A DNA stretch of 64,000 bases. It comes from Microbotryum violaceum (Eukaryota). Below, one piece after another: positions 12,453 to 25,890 of the stretch (position 1 is the first letter of the stretch; every line of letters begins with the position of its first letter). The position numbers and the translations under genes are program-made. The DNA lies in assembly GCA_001244265.2 (NCBI GenBank), contig CDLV01000013.1, positions 682,001 to 746,000 on the forward strand, written 5' to 3'. The notes beneath the pieces are model-generated. The model made no database searches. It worked only from the letters and a program-made list of their open reading frames with translations, and was not told the origin of the DNA.

Positions 12453-14612
12453 CTAATGGAACGTCCCCTCTGTCGAATCCGCTCCTGAAGCGGCAGTCGC
12501 TGAAGAGCCGGCCGAGACAGCTGTGAATGAGCAAAGTACCGGTATAACCCCAAAAAATCAGTACCCCAACTCTTGCGCATTACGACCACCCCCACCCAGA
12601 CGCAGACGCAGTAGTGTACGGACCATTCAAAACGCGATCGATATAACTCGCGCCTGACCACTTCTGATGCGTCAGCACATCACAACCCAACTCCTTCTCC
12701 TTTTTCTGAATCAATTCGACGTAAGCCAACATCCCTTCATCCTTGTACCTCTTGGCCAACTCGTGCGTCACCACCGCAGTTGAATGTAGACCGGCCAAGG
12801 AGATCAGTTGGAGAACGAATCCGGACGAACCGAGATCCCATACGAAGGATTTGAGTTGTTCGGGAGTGAATCCATGGGCTCCCCAATTGAAGGAAGGGGA
12901 GAGGTTGTAGACGAGCCATTTGGAGGGGAAGTGTGAACGGATTTCGGTCGCGAAAGCTTGCGCTTGGGCAAGGTTCGGTTCTTTGGTTTCGAGCCAGAGC
13001 AGATCGGCCAGAGGGGCGTAAGATAGCGTTCGTTTCATCGCCGCCTGTGGAGAAGAGGTGGTGGTCAATCTCTGTAAGACCGACCCGGAAGGCGCTAGAT
13101 AACGTATGGGAACTTACGGGCACACCACCCTGGTAGTGGTAGTAACCCTCTTTGGTACGAGCCAAGCCCCAATCCCACTTGATCTCTTGACCGACGACTT
13201 CCTTGGCGACGCGTCGAGCCTCTCGGTTGGTCAAGTTGGCCTCCCCAACGCGAGACTTGTAGTCGTCAAACTTGGTCTTGGATTCCGAAGCCGACAAGGT
13301 TCGTTCGAGGTGTCGTTGGACAGCTAAGGGAATCGATCATCTCCAAATCAGTCTGGAATTTCCCTTCTTTTTTGGGGGACAAGAGCGCGAAGGGCGATCA
13401 CCGACCTTGATCAAACGTCACCAACTCGACGCCATTCATCCAATTTGCCTCAATCTCATCAATCTCGGCCCCACTCCTCCCCTCCCTCTCCGCTTTAGCA
13501 ATCTCCTCCGCCAACGCATTCCTATCCCCCTCATGGGTTTCGACCCCCAAAATGAACTCATGATCCCTCCCGTCGGCCGTAGACGAAATCAATTTCGCCG
13601 ATTCGGCATCGGTCCGTGCGATCAAGAGCGTTTCCAAACCCATGATGTCCCATTGCATTCGCGCGGCGACCAGGCGGGACATGTGTTCCGAAATGGGGAC
13701 GAGCACCTTTCCGGCTTGGTGACCACACTTCTTACCGCCGTGAAGTTGATCCTCGAAATGAACGGCCGAAACGCCGGATTCACCAAAAACTTTGGCAAGC
13801 TTGAGTACGGAAGAGAGACCACCGTGGCTGTAGAAAGGGGGGAGTTGATGAATTGAGAGACAGTTTCGGTTTTCGATGATAAAAAGACACCCCTTCGGCA
13901 CTTACCCGGTATCACCATCCGCAATGATTGGTCTCAAATAATCGACCCAAGGCGCCTTGTTGCCACTGGTTCTCCTCTCGTCCCACATCTTGCGATCATG
14001 CATCTCCTGCGCCTTCCTCAACCTCTGCACCTGGTTCGGCACAGTCGTATAAGGGTAATCGGCCAAATCGGGTCCGACCTCGTTGTTGCCAGTGGTAAGG
14101 ACCGAACTGGCCGCCCAACCGGATACATAGAGCACTTCCAAATGGGGAGCCATTTGAGTCATTTGAATAGGGTCGATCGCGCCCATAGTATGCAAAGGAC
14201 GTCCCTCCTCGGCCGCCCGTTCCAAAGCGGCGAAAAGTTTCTTCGCCGAAATGTTGGAAGGGTGTAAAGGAGAGATAGGTTGGGTTCCCCTTTTGGAAGC
14301 GACGAGGGAAGCGGAATAAGGTCGTTTGAGGTTCTTGAAACGTGGGGAATCGAACCATTCTTGGATTTGGTCGGTTTGCGCGGCGAAATCGGCTGCTTCT
14401 TCTTCGGCTGTTGGGGGGTCCAAACGGAAGAGAGGGGCAGAGGAAGAGGTGGATTGGTGGCGTGTAGTCATGGAGGTGAGGGAAGGGGCTAATCGGGCGA
14501 CGGTTTGAGGTCGGGCACAGCTGGTGCGGAGAAGGGATAAGGTCCGTTGACGGGTGCTGCTGAGCGTTGTACGGGCCACGTGTCGCGAGGTGGAACTCAA
14601 TGGTCGGATCAT
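12453..14612 (-). CDS. ICL2: Mitochondrial 2-methylisocitrate lyase (isocitrate lyase family)
   Basis: [13 protein letters not shown] active-site loop, [15 protein letters not shown] (Leu/Ser as in methylisocitrate lyases versus FITLAG in ICL), HQKWSGA; Arg/Ser-rich presequence. Confidence 0.82.
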
Positions 14613-15111
14613 GATCTGTTTCAGTGAACATGGTCGGTCAGTACTCGATCTATCGAGCGATGTGGTTGTGCGCCGCTGCTGCGCCAAGACTGATCGCGCC
14701 AGCTTGGTTCTCCCCCCTCGGCTACTTCTGGCAACGCCCGGCTGACCAACAGATGCCCGTCCGAAGCCGTCGAGGAGCGCAGAAATGGGCAGCAACGTAG
14801 GACGACCCGTCACCTCAGCCAACCCATACAGAAGGTGCTCACCTATAGCCTTCAACACAGAGAATCTCTGTACTCGAGGTCAGAAGGCTTTGCGGGTAAG
14901 CGAGACGAGAGAACGAGAGAGAGGAATGGCAACTGAAGCCCGGGGCAAGCGACGGCAAGCTCGAGCTCAATTCACGCGGCAACCATTCGGAGTTCCGTTC
15001 AAGTGACCCGGGTCCATTCCCCTCGCGATATTATACACCGAGGGGCCCCACAGTCCGAAAAAAAGCATGACCTGCAGCGCATCACCATTACAGCACATTT
15101 CTTCCTTGTAA

Positions 15112-17163
15112 TCAACCCTGATAAAATTTCCCGTCCTCCCCCAAATTCAACTGGAACTCCCTCACCCCCGTCCCATCCGCCTCATCGCCCAACACTTGGC
15201 CGAAATCCTCCATCTCCTGAGCCTCCCTCTCCTTCCTCTTCCACCCCTTTCGACCCTTCTCCTTCCAACCTTGTTTATTCGTCCTTGATTCTTTCTTGGC
15301 TTTACCTAGCTTGAGACCGTCGGAATGGATCTGAATAGGAACCGGTCCGTTCTTGGGAGGATGAGGGAAACTGTCCCCCCAGGACGATTTGCGCGCATCA
15401 TAGTAGGCTTGACGACCTTGGGATTTGGGGATGATGTGCTGTTCGATTCGCCCCGAGGAAGAGGATGAAGAACGATCCTGCGCAGAAGGGGGTGAACAGA
15501 CGTCGAGGATGATGTGGCCGGATCTCTTGGATGGGGGGGAGATGATGCGTGGCCAGGTCCAGCGGGTTGATGTGGAGGGCGTAGTGGAGGCAGGGGGGGA
15601 CGAGTCGGCCACGAGGGACGTGGAGAGGAGGTCTTTGGTGAAGAGTGAAGCGGGGGGAGGAGTCGAAGGTCGTGTTCCACGCTTGATGACGACGTAGGAA
15701 AAACGAGCAATCTCTTGTCCTTGGCTCGAATGCTTGGTCGCCCGATGAAAGGCGGGGGATCGGACTGAGAAGGAGGAGACCGCGGGGGGGGGGGGTGAGT
15801 TTCCGCCGACGAGAGGAGTCAAAGAAAACGGATCGCGCGACTGACCTCGTTGAGCAAAGTGACAAAACATGTTGGTCGAACGGTGTAAAGGGCATGCTCC
15901 ATCATGAGCGCACTGTGGAATGAGATCGGGGTCAGGCTTCGAACCAAAGTCAAAGACAAAAATGGTGGACTCACGGGAGCAAGGACAAAGCAGCCCCTGT
16001 CCACGTCCACGTCCACGTCCTTCTCCGATCCCTCCTCACTGACGACCTTCTCCGCATCTCTAGCGCCATACATCAACAACTGTTCCCTCGCATCCTTGAC
16101 GATTCGACTGCCCCTCGGTGTCCCCCTTTCCACAATGACGATCACCTTGGCCCCCGTTTCCCATATCGATCGAACGAATTCTTTTCTCTTTTCCCGGCTG
16201 CTCAAGTCGCCCAGGGAGAAAGAGGAGAGGACCAGTGTCTGGTTCCATGATTTGGAGGATTGGGACTTGGGATTGAGGGGTATACCTAGTCGGGCAAAGG
16301 AAGAGACCGAGGCGGGGATCGCAAGTTGGTGCATCTTGGCCGACATCGTCGTTGGGGAAAGATCCTCGCCACCGTCCGTGACTTCTATCTCGTCCGACCG
16401 CAAATCCAAATCGACCATTCTCTTCGGTAACGCTCCAATGATCCTACTCCCCAACTCGACCATCGACTTATCCTTGTCTAGCCCAATATACTCAACCTCC
16501 ACTTTGGAATCCTTCCAAACCCTTCTCGCCGCCCAAGCCGCACTGCCTGTTCCCGACCCAAACTCCACGACCCGGTCCGGTACCCACTCCCCTTCTTCCC
16601 CCTTTAGCCAACCGATCCTTTGGCGCGTCATTTCGAGGACGTGTACGGTCGCTGCGTAGATAGAGGGCATGAGACCTGAGAGATAGGCGAGGGAGTTTAG
16701 TGGGGTGTAAGAGGGGGAAGGGGTGGTGACGTGGTTCGGGAGAAGGGAAGAAGTCGATCGTAGGTGTTCGTAGAGTTCAAGGGCGGATGTTCGGATCGAA
16801 CTCTTTTCGCCTTCGTACTCTGTAAGGGGTAGGAACCGAGGGCGGCGGCCGCTGCGTCAGCTTTACGAACTCGAGCTCGTTATGGAGCCCGCGCAGATGC
16901 GGTCGAAGCTTACCGTCCACAAGTTGATCGACGGCTCTGACCAATTCGATAGGAAGATCGACATCCCAACGCGTAGCTTGACCGATCGTAGCGGCTTTGG
17001 ATCGAGTGATGGTCTCTTGGTGAGCTGCCTTGGGAGCGTTTGATTCGTCGCGGTAGGCGCCGGCGTTGATGTCGAGATGTAGACGATCGATCGCGGACGA
17101 ACTGGCGTGGCGGAGAGTAGTGTAAATAGATCGTTGCGTTAGACGGCTTTTGACTGCGTTCAT
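15112..17163 (-). CDS. RSM22: Mitochondrial small ribosomal subunit Rsm22 (methyltransferase-like)
   Basis: EFGSGTGSAAWA, IVERGTPRG, APC..HDGACP, FSYVVIKRG, WPRIISPPSKRSGHIILDVC, KSQGRQAYYDARKSSWGD. Confidence 0.9.
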
Positions 17164-17650
17164 GGTAGGCAAGGAGAATGGACGGTTGCGACACGGTCCA
17201 CAGCCGAGATAGGGGCTAAAGCGGAAGCGGAACGGAGCCGAGCCACCCCTGGCTGCGAAGCTGCTGCGCCGAGCCAGCCCGAGTGAGCCCAGGCACTCCA
17301 GTGACACTCCCAGCTGGCAGGCCAGGCCAGGCGAGCGAAGGCCGAGCTGAGCTGAGCCGCCCTTGAGCGCCTGAGCCGAGCTGAGCCGAGCTTCGCAGCT
17401 CGAGAGTCACGCGCAAGGAGACGGCGCTTGTTCCTTTGCTCTACACCCCTTACCCACACCCACCAGTCTCGGCTGGTCGGCGATATCGATCCAGTCTCTT
17501 CAATAGAACCCTCTTTTTCGTCTACGCAACGACTTTGCTGTACCTCGCCGAGCGATCCGACGCCAGCAAACCCCTTCACCCCGATCGCTTCGTGGCCCCA
17601 CCAGTCGACGCTCCCCACTAGATCCCATCCTCGACCACCCTATATCCACC

Positions 17651-20346
17651 ATGCCTCGTGATACCTCCAACAAGGATTCCAAGGCGCGCAATAGCCGTCA
17701 TGCCGCCGCTACAGGGCTCAAAACGGGAAATCTCAAAGTCAAGGGTAGGTGTCTCCCATCTTGCCCATTCATTCCCCAGCCGCCACCGATAGTCGAACGG
17801 GGCAAGCCACAACTGCCGCTGATTCGTATCGCGTCTTTTCCAACTTGCACTCCGTAACAGGTGAAAATTTTTATCGCGATGCCAAGTCAGCTCGGCGAGT
17901 CAACATGCTCTCGGGCAAGACGGGCTCCGCAGTACGTAACGCCCAAGGTCGAGTGATCCAAGAAGCCGCTTTCCAATCCAAGGATGTGACCCTCGGAAGG
18001 GTCCAACCCGATCGCAGGTGGTTCGGTAATACGCGGACGATCAGTCAGACCGCTTTGGAACATTTTAGAACCAGCCTCAAGGACAAGATCGAGGATCCTT
18101 ATGCGGTCGTGTTGAAGAAGAACAAGTTGCCGATGAGTCTTTTGACCGATGCGCCGTCAGGGGTAAGTACATAGCGGCGAGGATCGGTCTGTCGTCGAAA
18201 TCTCTGATAGCATTCCACTCAAGCTCGTCGTCCTCCACGCAGAAAGTCAAGTTGGATTTGACCACGACTGAGCCCTTCAGCGACACGTTTGGTTCCAAAG
18301 CCCAACGCAAGCGACCCCGTCTCGACGTCGGATCCTTTTCCGAACTCGCCGACAAAGTCACCGCGCATCAGAACGCCAAGCGTGATGCCGCCAAAGTCGC
18401 AGCAGCGGATGCGATTCTCGAAGCCGAGGATTACGAAGGGTCGCGTAACCCGGAGGAAATCGCCGCAGAGGTCGCGAACAACATGCTCAACGATGTGCCG
18501 CAGGACTATATCCTTAGCGCCGGAACTTCGAGGCGTATCTGGGGAGAATTGTACAAGGTACGTTGGCCGAGCAAGGCGCAAGGGGCGAGCATCTAAATGA
18601 CAAGGCTGACCTTCTCTTGTGATTCCCGTTCGCACCAGGTCATCGATTCCTCGGATCTTCTCTTGCACGTCCTTGACGCTCGTGACCCGATGGGCACGCG
18701 CTGCGAATCCGTCGAAGCCTACTTGGCCAAGGAGAAGCGCGGTAAAAAAGTCGTCTACATCCTCAACAAGGTCGACCTCGTCCCTGGCTGGGTCGCCGCT
18801 CGATGGGTCAAGATCCTCTCCAAGAAGAATCCGACCATCGCTTTCCACGCTTCGATCAACAACTCGTTCGGTAAGGGATCGTTGATTCAATTGTTGCGAC
18901 AATTCTCGACTCTGTTCTCGGACAAGAAACAGATCTCAGTCGGTTTCATTGGCTATCCCAATGTGGGCAAGTCGAGCATCATCAACACGTTGAAGAAGAA
19001 GGCTGTGTGCAAGACCGCTCCTATTCCGGGTGAGACGAAAGTCTGGCAATACATCACGTTGATGAGGCGCATCTACCTCATCGATTGTCCTGGAATCGTC
19101 CCTCCGTCGGCGAGGGATTCGGAATCGGCCAAGGTCTTGAAAGGTGTAGTGCGAGTCGAGCATCTTTCGAACCCGGCGGATCACATCACGTACCTTTTGG
19201 AAAGGGTTCGTCCGGAGTACTTGAGGAGGACGTATGGGATCAGCGAGTGGACCGATTCGGAGGATTTCCTGGCCAAGTTAGCGAACAAGTACGGCAAGTT
19301 GCACAAGGGTGGTGAGGCCGATCAGAGGACGGTCGCCACCATGGTGTTGAACGTGAGTTCAGGATGTGCAACCCCCCCCCCCCCACCTTCGATTTTGAAC
19401 AAGCGCAGACACTGATAGGTTCTTTGTTGACGCACCATAGGACTGGATCCGAGGCAAGATCCCCTTCTTCGTCGCGCCTCCCGAACCCGATACCCGAGAA
19501 GCCAACGGCAAACCCCTTCCCAAACCTCTCAACCCCTCCACCTCATCTAACAAGCTTACCAAACCGATCAAGTCAACCGCAACGGGTGGCTCAGAGACTT
19601 TGAGCCGTGAGGAAGGGGTTTTGGCTAACGGTTTGGACAAGAATGGGAACACCTTTAAATCGGTCAAGGGGGTTACGCAACCGCTGCATCAGATTGTGCA
19701 TTCGACGAGGTTCTTGGATGATGATGTCAAGGCAATTGAGGTGGACGAGGTCGTTGAGGATGATGGAGAGGAAGAGGAGGAGGAGGAGGATGAAGAGGAG
19801 TGGGGTGGGATCGCCTCGGGCGATGAGGATGAAGAGGAAGAGTTTGAGCCAGGAGAGGAGGACGATCAGATCCCTCTGCAGTGGGACGAGCTGTTCGCCC
19901 AGGCCGTTGGGGAGGAGTCTGACGCTAGTGAAGATGGCGAGGACGTCGACGAAGATGAGGATGATGACGACGAGGACGAGGAGGTCGAACTCATTTCGGC
20001 TGCTGGTGCTTCATCGTCCTCCAAACCTGCATCGAGCAAGAAGCGAGGTGAGCTGCCATGCCATACAGCTTCTACCGATCGCGCGCTCGAACTAATATGT
20101 TTAGCAACGTTAGCTCCAGCCGTCGAAGCCGATTCCGAATCCGACGTGGACGACGACGTGGACGAGGCCACTTCGAAACCGACCAAAGAACCTCGCATGA
20201 AGACGAACAAGACCAAGGCGACCAACTACTACACCACCGCCAATGTCAAGAACAAGTCGAGGCGCGGAAAGCCCGACACCTCCGGTCGAGTCGGGGAGGG
20301 TAAAGGTACAGGCAAGAAGAGGGGCGGGAGAAAGAGCAAGGCTTAG
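17651..20346 (+). CDS. NOG2: Nucleolar GTP-binding protein 2 (Nog2/GNL2)
   Basis: [66 protein letters not shown] near the C-terminus. Confidence 0.95.
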
Positions 20347-20653
20347 ATCTTTGCGCTGCATGGGGTTGGTTTCGTGATTTTACCAGCCTTAAGGTTTGAT
20401 TCTGGGTTCATATTGTAGTGGTCTATGTCTTTTGAAGGGAGATGTAATCTTGACGCGAGCCTGATGCCTGATCGTTGCCAAACAGACAGAGATGTGTTGA
20501 CTTGGAGAGTTGAGATACCACACTTAATAGATACGTTGCGCACTATAGATAAGACGGCGCAAGACAACAAAAATGATAGATGCGAGCTCCGAAAACTTCC
20601 AGAATTTTCCAACATAGCAATAAAATCCCGTTCCAAAAATCCTAAACCACTCC

Positions 20654-23600
20654 TCAACCAGGTCGAGCCGCGAGTCGCCCCTGAGTTCGAGCCGGATCAC
20701 CGAGCATGATGATCTTTACCTCTGCGCCGTAGGTCGAGTTGGAGATGTTCTGAGGGGTAATGAGGATGAACTGGGCTCGTTTGACGTTCTTGGCCGTATC
20801 GACCATCATCTTCATCGCGACTCGTCGGTTGACAGCGTCCTGTGGGGGCACGAGTGAGGGTGTCAGGAATTCGGACTGAACCACAAAGGTGCGAGCCAGT
20901 GCTGACCATGAAGACATCAAACTCGTCTAGACATCGAATATGACACGCCGCGACCTTCCACATGGCCAATAACAAACAAATCGTCGCGAAACTTTTCTCC
21001 CCACCCGACAAGCTCTTCACGTCCTTCCAACGACTGTGGTGCTTGCCATGGTTCTTCACTCCATCTTCCTTGGTCACGATGTGCAGTTTCAATTCTTCTT
21101 CTTTGTGGTTGAACTTGAGTCGACCGGTAAAGCTGCGAGTGGCGAGGTAGCTGAGGAAATGAAGTTCGAGCGAGGCGGGTAGACTTGTGAGCCAACCCTC
21201 CCATTTCTCCATTCGTACTCTCCGGGCTGTCTCGAGTAGCTATATCATACAAACCACGCCGATTACTTCCATGGTCCAATTTTTGAAGCACTGAGAATAG
21301 CATCGAGCTCACCTCGACAAAGTTTTCCAGCGACGACAAGATACTCTTAGCACGCTGAACGACTTGATTTCTCCGTCCGACTTCTTCATTGAGCTCGTCG
21401 AGTGTCGCTCCGAGGTGTCGTTCACGAGCCCGGATCGCGGTTTTGAGCGGCTTGATGTCGTGGTCGAGTTGTTCGGCCGTCCGTGGTCTTCTAGAAGGCG
21501 GTGGCCGCTCACAGATCGTCGAAGCATCTTCGACCATGATCTGAAGTGGATCCACTCGGGTGTCAGTGACAATTTGGTCAAAAACGAGCCAAGCCGTGCA
21601 AACTCACAGTGGCACGCTCCTGCATCTCCTCGACTTGTTCGCGCATTGTATCGACCTCAGCTTGGACCTCATCGAGCTTCTTCTGATGGTTCGCAATTCT
21701 CTTGTCAGCCTCCGATCGTTCCGCCACCGTCGTGTTGATCTTTTTCTGTAAGATACAACGAAGCCCAAATCAGATTCTTGCAGACCTCTGCAACGCCTCT
21801 CGATCGAGCCGGACGTACCATCAGGCTTGACAGTAAATCATCGGCCTCTTTGATCGCGAGACTGGTTTCCTCCTTCTTCCTCACGAACGACGCCACGTCG
21901 CTGGACCCAGTTTCGGCATTATGTCTCTTCAACGCCTCCTCGTACTGCGCTAGCGTACTATCCAACTCGGCCTGTGACTCGTCCCGCAGATCCTCAACTG
22001 CCGAGATATCGGAGGGGGCTTTCTCGAGGAGTTGATGTCGGTCGTTCTCAATCTGTCGACGTAATTGGGTCAAAGATCGTTTCGATTCTTGTCGTCGAAG
22101 ATCAGCCGCATTTCCGCGTCGATGTATAGACGCGAGTTCGTCATCAGCCTCTTGCTTGTCACGGGAGATATTGGAAAGATGAATGTTGACCGAGTTGAGT
22201 TGATTCATGAGTGTAGCGATCTGTCCTGCCATGTCGGGGCTGAGTCGTTTTTGTCCTCGCCACTCGGCCAGGACGGTCGAGCCGGCCTTATTATCTCGGC
22301 TGAAACCGAACAGGGTCCAAAAACGTGTCAGCAGACCGTACGCGGGACTTGTTCTTCGTTCTTCGAACCTGCTCACCTTCGTTTGACGATAAACCAGCCT
22401 CGACTGTACACGACACGAATGTTGCGCCGTCCAGCATCGAAGAGTTGATCTCCCTCGCAGCGCCTCTGGACTAGCACCGCATCTTCACAGCCAGTACCTT
22501 TGATGAAGGCTTGCTCGACAAGTCGATCGGAGATCTGGTAGAGTGTTATCGGAGTATCGCGGCTTCAGTTCGACTTTGTCGAGAAAAGTTGGCTGTGAAT
22601 TTGAGTAAGCGAACTGACTTTAATTGCGCGAAGCACTGTGAGCAGATTCGCATCGGGTTCGCCACCTGAACAGTCGAACGTGTCGTCGTACCTCAGTTTG
22701 ATGATAGAGTGAACAGAGCCACTTTAGAACACAATTCAGTGCTCGCTCAATCAGTGGGGACATGATTCTTCCACGAGGGTATCAAAGTTTACTCACACGC
22801 CGTGCCTGTGCAAGAGCGCGGACAGCTTGATGCGGTCCTGCTCGTTCGAAACGACGAAAGCGTTGAGAATGCGACCACAGAGTGACTCGATCACGTTACT
22901 CCATTGCTGATCGCGCACTTCGATATAACGCCCCACGGGACCAAGCGGCTTTTTCGTCCATCTCATCGCGTCGACGTCCCTCAGGAAAGCGGGCATCTTG
23001 GGGCCATATGCGAGCATGCTGTTGCTGCGCGAGGCTTCGACGTTTTGGATCCTCTTGCGAAGATTCACTGCTTCCTTCTGATATCGGCTGATCAACGGCG
23101 CGGCGACTTCAAGCTTTTGCAATAATGTCGACCTGCCCTCCTCCAACTCGAGTCGTTCTTGATCTACCTCCAAAACGATCTGTTCATGTCGTCGGATCTC
23201 GTCCTCGTTCTTGGCGATTCGATCATGAATCGGACGTTCTTCAGCTTCGATATCACGGGCAAGTCGATCGTGTTCGATCACGAGCTGAGCTTTGAACGCC
23301 TCGATCCCTTGCTTGAGCTTGTCGATCGTGGCGGCCATTTGGCGTTCTTCGTTCTGGATTATACCAAGTGGCGATCTATGAGTACACATACGACCGAACA
23401 AGGTACATGAGACCGCCACGATGAGCTTACCTTGAAGGCCAGCGTTTTGGCTCGCGCAGCCGAGATCCCTTGCTGCACCTCCTCCAATTTGGGCGTCTGC
23501 TCGTCCTTCTGCAACTGTGTTTCCGCCTGCGCCTCTTCAAGATTTGCCAAGTCCGTCATCGCCGCATCCCTCTTGGCCGTCGCCACCACCAAATCATGCC

Positions 23601-25117
23601 TCAACACGACCAGCTTCTGCTCTTCTTCCCTAATCGCCGTCCAGCCCTTCTTGATTTCCGCCTCGACCCACTCAACATCACACCACGCCCTCCTATTCTC
23701 CAACTCTTTTAACCTATCCACCTGTTCCTCCGCCGCCCTCCCAGCTTCAGCCCGTTCCATTGCCCTCCTCAAAGCAAGTTGTAATTCTGGCATGAGTTCA
23801 TTCTTTTTCTCAATAGCGACTTGGATCGATTCGATGTGACGACCCATTTCGGTGTATTCGTCCCGAAGTTGGGAAAGCATCGTTCCGCGGAGAAAGGCTT
23901 TGTATTTGTCTTTACCGGTGGTGGAGGCGATGAAGGCTCGGGATTGGTCTTGAGTTAGTACCGTGATGGGGTTGTCGATTTGAATTTCGAAGTGATCGAC
24001 TGCGAGTGTTGGGAGGAAAGGATCGGAGGCGCAAATTGGGTCAAATCTTGCTGTCCGGCCGGGAAAACGCTGCTGGTTCCGAACGATGTAAAAGGAACGT
24101 ACGGATCGAATCAAGTACCACCTTTGAAGTTTCCACGACCTCCCCCTGATGGTTCATCAATTTGTAACTACTCCCACCATTGCTTCGCAGCGTTCGTTCG
24201 ACCGTAATGGATGCACCAAAGAGTTCCTGCTTGTACGGATCGGATCCGCCATTGGAGAGTCGGACTCGACATTTGGCTGAGGTCGCTCCTTCTTTGACTA
24301 GACCTGCTCCGTTCGTAGCTCGGTTCTGTGAAGTAAAGGGAAGACAGTCAGGCTCACTGGTGACAAAGGCATCGGCGGGAATGATAAACGATCTTCGACT
24401 GACGGTGGCTTTAGCGTTGCCTCCCAAGGCCATCGTGATTCCCGTCAGAATCGCCGACTTGCCCGATCCGTTATGTCCAACGAGAAAATTCATCTGAGGA
24501 CCGAATTTGATCGTGATATAGGTATGACACTGCGAGACTCGAGGAAAGTAATCGGGGCGAAGGTGCACGTGACCTGATCAGCGCCAAATCGTTCCGGCTC
24601 GGCCACGCGACGCGACGCGTTCCAACGACACGGTCAGTTGTTGAGGGCTCACCATGAATTGGTAGAGGTCGACTTGTTCGATGATGCCCGATTGGGCTGT
24701 ATTCTATCATAATAAACGTAGTGAACTTTCAGCTTCGGCATAGCCTGATGCTTCCCAACATGAACTGACCCCGAAGTCGCCGGCGACGTCATCCTGAACC
24801 AATTCGGGCAGCGGAGGCAGTTCACCATCCTCAACCTCCATCTTATCATCACTCCCAAGCTCAGATTCCTGATCCACCGTCCTCGAAGTCGACCTCGTCT
24901 CGTCGCCATCAGGACTCTGCCCTCTCGCCGTCGTAGAACTGTTCGAACGCGTTGACAGCCCGGCAGTCGCGGAGGTCGCTTCCGACGTCGACGCAATGGG
25001 AGGGGGTGTACTAGGTGGTAGGGACGAGTCATCGTAGCGGGGTCGTTTGGCAGCGAGGCCGTAGAGGTCGTCATCGTCCCAGTCGTAGAGAAAGTACGCT
25101 GGTAGCGCTAGGGCCAT
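20654..25117 (-). CDS. SMC6: Structural maintenance of chromosomes protein 6, multi-exon; start codon uncertain
   Basis: Walker A GHNGSGKS, QIDNP..LTQD, coiled coils, hinge PLGPVG, signature LSGGEKSF, Walker B CLDEFDVFMDAVNR, QFILITPQ. Confidence 0.9.
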
Positions 25118-25890
25118 CCCGTCGTCATGGGGGGTCTGCCTGCAGGTGGGGAGAGGTGATAGGGGGGACGACCGGCAACTGAGCGTGCTGAGCACCTATT
25201 TTGGCACGAATGGGATCGAGCGCGGCCGGACTCGGAAGCTCGGAATGCTAAGCAGACCAAGTTCAAGTTGGACCAACCAAAGAGTAGTAACTCAGATCTG
25301 GACGTGCCAGTGGGCAAGAGGATTTATGAGACGTCATTCGTGTCTTCCTTTTTCAGTAGAAAGTTGCTAACCCATAATTGCGCGTGATCCTGACCGCTCG
25401 GACCCTTCGCAACCTCAGATCCCGGGGCCGACGTCACCGACAGACGACAGACGACAGACCCTTCTCAGCTCCAGGAGCGCCTGCACCAGTTGCGAAGCTG
25501 AAGCGAAAAGACGCATTCATCACCCGTTATGTTCATACGTTATATACCCTCCTTCAAATGCATTGGACGAGACATGCTAAGGTAGGCAGGTCGGCGTTCG
25601 GGAATTTCGGGAACTTTCTCCTGAGTCGGTCGTCGCACAACCTCAGCCGCGAGCGCGCGCGAGTCGAGGCCTCGAGCCCGGCCGTTGAAATAGCCGATCT
25701 ATGTCGATCGCCCGGACGGGAAAAACGTGTTGCGGCCGGGTCCCGGTGCGCTTCGCCTCGGCTCAAACTGTTCCGCTTTCTCCCTTCCTCCATCCGAGCC
25801 CTCGCTACAAACACGCACACCTCCCGGCATCCAAAGGTCGCAAAGCCCTTTTTATCCTCAGCCACAAAAACGCCGACCAGCGTTAGTTTC

